This document shows, piece by piece, positions 57,781 to 64,000 of a stretch of DNA of 64,000 bases. The stretch lies in the NCBI GenBank assembly GCA_012026655.1, contig JAAILG010001199.1, positions 1 through 64,000 of the forward strand, read 5' to 3'. The notes beneath the pieces were generated by a model. That model had not been told where the DNA came from, did no database searches, and saw nothing but the letters and a program-made list of their open reading frames with translations. Position numbers and translations under genes: made by a program. The first letter of the stretch is position 1, and each line of letters begins with the position of its first letter. Origin of the DNA: Hydrolagus affinis. Taxonomy: Eukaryota.

Positions 57781-60700
57781 CTACACAAGAAGAAAAAAAG
57801 GGTTTCAGATGTGACATGATCATTTTGGATGTAGAAGACCCTTAAGCCCTTTTACGTTTACCATTTTCAGAATTCTTAAGCCTCCTGTCTTCTCACCTGT
57901 ACTGTTTCCCATCAGCCAGAGGATTCAATTCAAAATCCTGGTCCTCAACTCCAAAGCCCTCCATGGCCCTGCCCTACCGTACCTCTGTGACCTCCTAACC
58001 CCCTACCAACCTGCCCACTCCCTCCACTCAGCAGGCTCCGGCGCACTCCACATCCCCCACCCCACCATTGGCAGGTGAGCCACTCTGCCGCTACACTCCT
58101 AATTTCTGGAACTCCCTCTCTCTTTTCACTGTCCCAGTGAAGTGCTCAGAGTATGAAGGGCACTAAATGCGTCTGTTATCTCCCTTGGTACATTTTGTGC
58201 TATCAATTTTGAAAAAAATTGGTTTACCTGTTCAAACGGGCTTTTTGATTTAATTCCTTTTGCCCCTACAAAAATCCAGTTGTCTCTGAAGGTAAGGTTC
58301 ATGATTGCTGCACTTCCTAGTTCACTCACGAGTTTCCGGGATTCATCTGTAAGCCTACAGCAAGTAGAAAGTCAATGAAAACAGGAAATTCCCTTACCCC
58401 TTCCACTGCGAAAGTCAACTCAGCTCTTACTAAAAACACAACCTTCATATGGTAATTGTCTATTTTTGTAGATGGTTTGACAGCCGAGCCTGGCCTCTCC
58501 TCACCTGGCTGCTGCACATGCACCCAACTGGTAGAGGATGCTTTAGAACAGTGCAGTGATGATGGCCAACGATTTTTGGTCAGCCAACAAAAGAAACTTT
58601 GATTGAATATTTCTTGATTCATAACAATCAATATTGTGGAAACACAAGATCGATTGCAGACAAATTTACCTAGATTTGTGTGAATGTTTGGAGGTGTGGG
58701 GGGCAAGGCATTCTTTGACAGCCCGTGATAGAGGGAGAAGGAAATGGAACTATCCCTGGGAAGTTCAGGATCAATTCAGCCTCCACATTCAGCTCCGGCA
58801 AGGAGCAGTATTGAAACCAGCCAGGTCCCGATCAGTAAGCTTCAGCTCTGTCCAGGGCCTTGGGACCTCCTCCATGTGTGAAAGGTGCTCTACAAATATA
58901 GTTTTGTTGTTGTTGTCCACTATCTGGCTGCTTCAGCCTAGGTACTTGTGAATGTATCTAAATGACTGACGTATTCACATAATTTTGAAAATCAGAAATA
59001 AACACAGTTGGTATCAATGGAACCCAGGATTGCAAAACAGGAGCAGGGGGGGGAGTGGGGTAACAGGGAGCAAATAGAGAGTGATAATACAGAAAAGGGA
59101 ATTACAAACTATAAAGCATATTAATTTTTTAAACACTGAATTTAATGTGAAACAAATGTTATGTACTTTGGAACCAAACATTGACCAAATCCAATGTAAT
59201 GGCAATGTAGAAGTCGGTAAAAGATTTGAAGATGCATTCTGCTTTATGTCACAGCATATCTTGGTGAAATGGAGAGGCAAAAATCTCTAGTCAAGTGCAA
59301 CAGCGGAATTCCCTACGTTTGGCTTATTGCTCACATCTCCTGCTTCCTCAACCTATGATCGGTCGGTGAGCTTTCAGCCTCTTTGCCCCCTCATCCCTGC
59401 CCTCTCTATATGTCCATCCACCCTTTCCTTGTTGCCCCAATTTGGGCCTGATGCAATATTTCCACCCCACTCAGTCCCAAGTTTTTTAAAAAAATTCCAT
59501 TTGACTCCACCTTCAATTACATCACTCTCTCCAATTTCAGGCTCCATCTCTCTTGTTGTAAAGCTCTTTGATCTCCTGCAATGAACTATAAGCTATTGAT
59601 TAATTTTCCTGTTTATCTACTCTGTGACTAATCCTTGCACCTTATCATGTCTTCTGAGACATCTCAAAGCGCTTCACGGAATATACCACGTAAAGTGCCT
59701 GTATATTTTATGGGCAAAACGCAAAGCCAATTGCACACAGCAGTATCCCACAAACAGCTGTGGATTGAAGTGACCAATTTATTTGTAGTATTTTTGTTGA
59801 AGAAATAATTAACCCCGGAAAAGCAATCCGCCAATTGATTAAAAACAGGGTTCCTACTTACTGTTAGGTAAACAGAGCCACGTGGAGAAAGGAAACTTGT
59901 CAAAACGTTTCGTCCTGCTAGGAAACAAACCCAGTTCTCCTGCTTGCGAGGCTAGTGCTCTAACCACTGAGCTACAGGACTTCACATCCAGTTCCAATGA
60001 ACTGTAAATATATTTTGAGATCTCCCAAATCATTTAAATAGATTTCCCTAACCATTAATCATTCATAAATAGTTTGCTGAACAATAATGATAATCTTTGC
60101 ATTTGATATAGTGCCTTATCAGGTCGTCAAGATGTTTCATAAGGCTTCACAGAATATACTGTAAAGTGTCCCATGAACAGTCGTGGATTGAATTACTACA
60201 TTTTTTTTTAAAAAAGGGATTATCCCTGGAAAACCAGTTTTCCAATTGGCTAACAACTGGGTTCCAACTTAATCAGAAACGCACGGAATAAGAAAGCGTG
60301 CCTAAGATTTGGCCTTGCCCAGGTATCAAACCTGGATCCTCTTGATTGTAAGGCAAGTGCTTTAACCAATACGCTATAGGACATCCCAATGTGGGAAGGT
60401 GATTTGCTCCCAGTTGCCAATGCCCTTCGGATGTCCTTCGGTCTACATCAAAACATTAGTTAAATTCACAACCATTTTCCTGTCTGACTGGTTGTTCACA
60501 GAATGAATTGTGTTTAGAATACTAACTTGGTGGCACTATCATCATATGTAGCCATAAACACAATCGTTCCATCCTTTAAGGACTTCAGGAAATCATTGAA
60601 AGGCCGGACATCTGAAAAAGTAAAATTAACCCATTACAGCCAGAACACAGTATCGGTCTTTCATATTGTTTTAAAAGCAATTGTCAATAAACCTTACTGA

Positions 60701-62897
60701 AGTCAGGCAGCCAGCAGATAAAGTTTACCAAAATTTATGTTTTGGGTCAACCGAGTGCATGACCCATGCAGAAACCCACCCCCGTGCTTAATGTCTAAAC
60801 TAGATTGAAAGTTCTATACGTGCATAAAATATCCTTCCTTTGTCTGGAAACACCTATCTCCGAGGAGGCCACTCGACTAATCCTAACAAATGATTTGTTG
60901 CTGAACGTTTGACAAGAGCAAGGGTGGTGTTGTATAGTGTCATTTGTGAATCATTGTTCGGAATTTAATCAGCATTGCAAATATCACCCGATGTCTTAGG
61001 GCTTTGGCTTCAAGTTAATATTAAAAGAATGTGACCACGCTGCACCTGAAAGTTCTCTATTGAGGCAGTTGGCCCGGGCTATCAACAACAATGACTTGGA
61101 GTACTGCAAACCCTCCTGGCTCAGAGATTGCACAACTGAAAAGGCCAAGAGGGTTGGAAACTCGGAAATCTTCAAATGCTGTAATTATTCGGCTACAAAA
61201 GTGTTGCCTTAGCTCAGTAAATAGAGGGCCTAAATTATCTGTAAATTGAATAGATTTCTCTGATCATTCATTCGCCACAAGTTATTTACTGCATAACTAG
61301 GGTTGGTGATTTGCTCCCAGTTCTTAACAGTTAGGCCTTTTTTGTAAATGATTACATTGAGGAAAGTTTGCCAATTCATATTCTCCAACAAAAGGGGAAC
61401 CTACGAACAATTTCTAGATACTTTCCTAAGTAAGGTCGGCACAATGAAATTAGTCGAGTTCCTCAGACGCTTCATTAATATTCATGACCTTTTACCTGTA
61501 TCACTGAGCCAAACACCTGCAGGGGTCAGGTCAAGTGTAGGATTGAGAAAGAGCAGTTTGCTGTTGTAAACGCAAATGTACCCAACCAAAAGAAAAACCA
61601 CAATGCTTTCACAACAGATGTGTGGGAGTTGTGAGAAAATGAACAGGATATTTGATTTTTAAAATGTAAATATAGGTAGACCTTGCTTAACGTTGATTCG
61701 TTCAACATTGTTTGGTTATTACGTCGCTGATACATAGGGGAACATATATTCATTTAACGTCGCTATGTTCACATGGGTGGAAACAAACTATTTTGGGTAG
61801 CGTAGGCGTACATAGACGCTGAATGGCCGGTATTCTTGTGCAGGTTCTCTTAACGCCGTTTCGCTTAAAGTCACACTTTCCGTGAACACAACTGCGACAT
61901 TCAGCGAGGACTAAGTGTATTGCTGTATCACATTCTGGAGGCATAGAATGGTCACCAAAAGTATCGGATCTAGGGTTTGCAGAGACAACGAATGCTTCGG
62001 GACTCCAGAGTGTGCACTGTTGTAACATTCGATCAGGTGTTAAACCGATATGCCATCTGCCTGTCCAGGTGGACATTAGTGATTGTGGCACTCGCACCTG
62101 GCCTGCCTTACAATCCTCTGGATAAAACTGGTCCATAGATTGGTGGCTGTCAGTGAGACATGGCTGGGTGCAAATTAGCTGCTGCTTTCGCCTCCTTGTC
62201 TCTCTGCACAATTCCCTTACCTCTCAGCACTGAGATAATTTTGTGTTGATTATGAGCTATTATACAGTACTGCGCTATTTTTGAATATATAAACAGAGAA
62301 ACAGAAAAATCTAAAAAGAAAACCTTTTGGACATTGCTGTGTACAAACTAGCTGTCACAAAGCAAACAGTCACACCATTTTGCAGGACATCCCGTGAAGA
62401 GCTTTGGGTGTACTTTTGACAAGAAAGGTGTCATATCAAACATAAGGACGTGTAAAAATGCATCTAAACTGCATCTCAACCACCACTTTAAGCAGCGAGT
62501 TCCAGATACTCACTATCATCTGCATGAAGTGGTTCCTCCTAAATTCTCTTTTACATCCCCTATCTTAGTGTCTTATATTTATTTGCAGTGGGAGGCAAGA
62601 CTCGGGGGTTGAGTGATGAGTTCCAGAGGTTAAAGACGCAATTTCTGAAATTTCTTAATACTCTTAAGCACGGTGATGGATCTCCACATGTCAAACATCC
62701 AGTTGACATAAAAAACAGCAAAAATTAGGGTTGAATCGAATGAAACAAATCATTTAGGTCTTGAGTATGACCATAAAGTAATTGTTTTAAAATTGTCCTT
62801 AATATATTAAATAAAGCATATGTCAAAAAAACTGACAGATCCTCACCTTCGCCCCACAGATCAAATGTCTTAGTGGCCAATAATTCACCAGTTTTAC
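57691..62897 (-). CDS. FAM3C: FAM3C (ILEI), 5'-partial, last 4 coding exons
   Basis: C-terminus [29 protein letters not shown] is nearly identical to human FAM3C as recalled; ILEI/GG-domain motif FRDNWIFVG. Confidence 0.95.
58228..58354 (-). CDS. FAM3C: FAM3C exon
   Basis: [35 protein letters not shown]. Confidence 0.95.
59630..60390 (-). mobile_element. Two adjacent SINE family A long-variant copies (about 59630-59985 and 60085-60390)
   Basis: Both show the reverse-complement tRNA head, module and tail. Confidence 0.75.
60527..60611 (-). CDS. FAM3C: FAM3C exon
   Basis: [27 protein letters not shown]; 85 nt. Confidence 0.93.
61673..61917. mobile_element. Older Tigger-like MITE
   Basis: Degenerate TIRs TAGGTAGACCTTGCTTAACGTTG / CGACATTCAGCGAGGACTAAGTG with TA flanks; CpG-rich interior. 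Confidence 0.6.
62847..62897 (-). CDS. FAM3C: FAM3C exon
   Basis: [16 protein letters not shown]; 51 nt. Confidence 0.92.
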
Positions 62898-63029
62898 CTG
62901 AAAAAAAGGAAACGTTAATTGACAACAACAACTTGTATTTATATCGTGGACTCACGCAGGATGGCGTCTCAGAATATCAAAATACTGAGATAAATTTCAG
63001 AAAAACATAGACCTTGCTCAATTTACTGA

Positions 63030-63390
63030 TTCAGCTCCCACTCGTATCACATAGTCTAAACTGCCAATCCAATGCAGTGCTGGAGGTCTGTTGCACTGTT
63101 GGATTCTGTCCTTTGATCGAGACTTAAAACCGAGGACCCACTTGCCTGTTTGGGTGGATGTTAAAGATCTTGTGCCAATATCTGAAAAGAGAAGGGAGTT
63201 TCTCTCTCGCTGTGTCCTGGCCAACAATCCCCCAAATAAAACTGGTCACTTATGGCTACTTTGGGAACATTACTGTGTGAAACTGACTGCCGCGTATCCC
63301 CCACAAAATAGTCAATCCATTTGGTATATCCTTTGAAGCGCTTTGAGACGTCTTAACATTATAAGGTGCAATATCAAATGCAAGGATTAT
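63030..63390 (+). mobile_element. Deu-domain SINE family B
   Basis: TTAAAACCGAGG..GTGGATGTTAAAGATC..TGTCCTGGCCAACAATCCC and tail. Confidence 0.75.
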
Positions 63391-64000
63391 TAACCTCTGA
63401 ACTTACTGTCCTACAAAACAGGTAATAATAAGTCCCGCATTTGACAAAGCTCCTTTCCTGTTGAGACGATGTCTCAAAGAAAATTCGGTAGATCTCACAA
63501 TATGTCCTGCAAAGGCCAGTGATTGTGGATCCACAAGCCTGGTTCAGTTGGTGTCAGTTCTCGCCTCTGAAGATTGTGCGTCCAAATGTCAAGTCAAGGA
63601 CTTTGAACTCACAGTCTAGGCTGACTCTCGAGTGCAGTGCTGGGAGTGCTGGCCATCGTGTGAGATGTTAAACCAATTTGTGACCAATTTGTGCAAAACA
63701 ACACCTCACATACATCCATGGAGGTGAATAAAAGAGAGTCCCTTTTGTGCTTGTTCAGATGGATGTGAAAGATCCTGTGGCCAACCATCCTCCAGGCAAA
63801 AATCGATCATTCACTTCATGACCACAAACCTGGTAGCCAAACAACATTCGCTTTGTGATTCTATGTGAAATGCTGCTGCAAGAAAACTCCTCTGCGGCAT
63901 TTTCTAACCCTAAATAGTCCCTTGAAACATTCTGAAGTTAAGCTTTTCTCTCTCTCTCTTTTATTCACCTCCATGGCTGTGTGTGAGGTGTTGTTTTGCA

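Noticed and set aside
61750-62211. 153-aa minus-strand ORF in a FAM3C intron
   Set aside because: It spans a MITE and a SINE fragment and has no recognisable domain or splice context
63904-63913. CTAACCCTAA telomerase-template-like motif
   Set aside because: A single motif inside a degenerate SINE body with no other telomerase RNA domains visible

Overview
Vertebrate genomic DNA, most likely from a cartilaginous fish (probably a holocephalan such as Callorhinchus). That assignment is inferred from the compact introns and the tRNA-Deu-L2 SINE, L2 and CR1 repeat content. Three spliced genes could be reconstructed by hand with consistent splice phases. (1) The last 37 coding exons of NUP205 lie on + (532-39386), including one U12-type minor intron. 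(2) A complete 8-coding-exon PUS7L lies on - (51040-42991, 712 aa). (3) The last 4 coding exons and the 3' UTR of FAM3C lie on - (62897-57691). Introns are filled with two related SINE families, L2/CR1 fragments and Tigger/pogo-type MITEs. A ~1 kb compound minisatellite sits upstream of PUS7L. I see no prokaryote-type systems. The most unusual items are a frame-preserving 36-nt-repeat ORF relic in a NUP205 intron, a branched stem-loop next to the minisatellite, a hairpin cluster between NUP205 and PUS7L, an exact 18-bp direct repeat bracketing a FAM3C exon, and a gene order that lacks the usual WNT16, IRAK4 and STMP1 neighbours. Homology calls rest on my recall of the human proteins and repeat families; no search was run.
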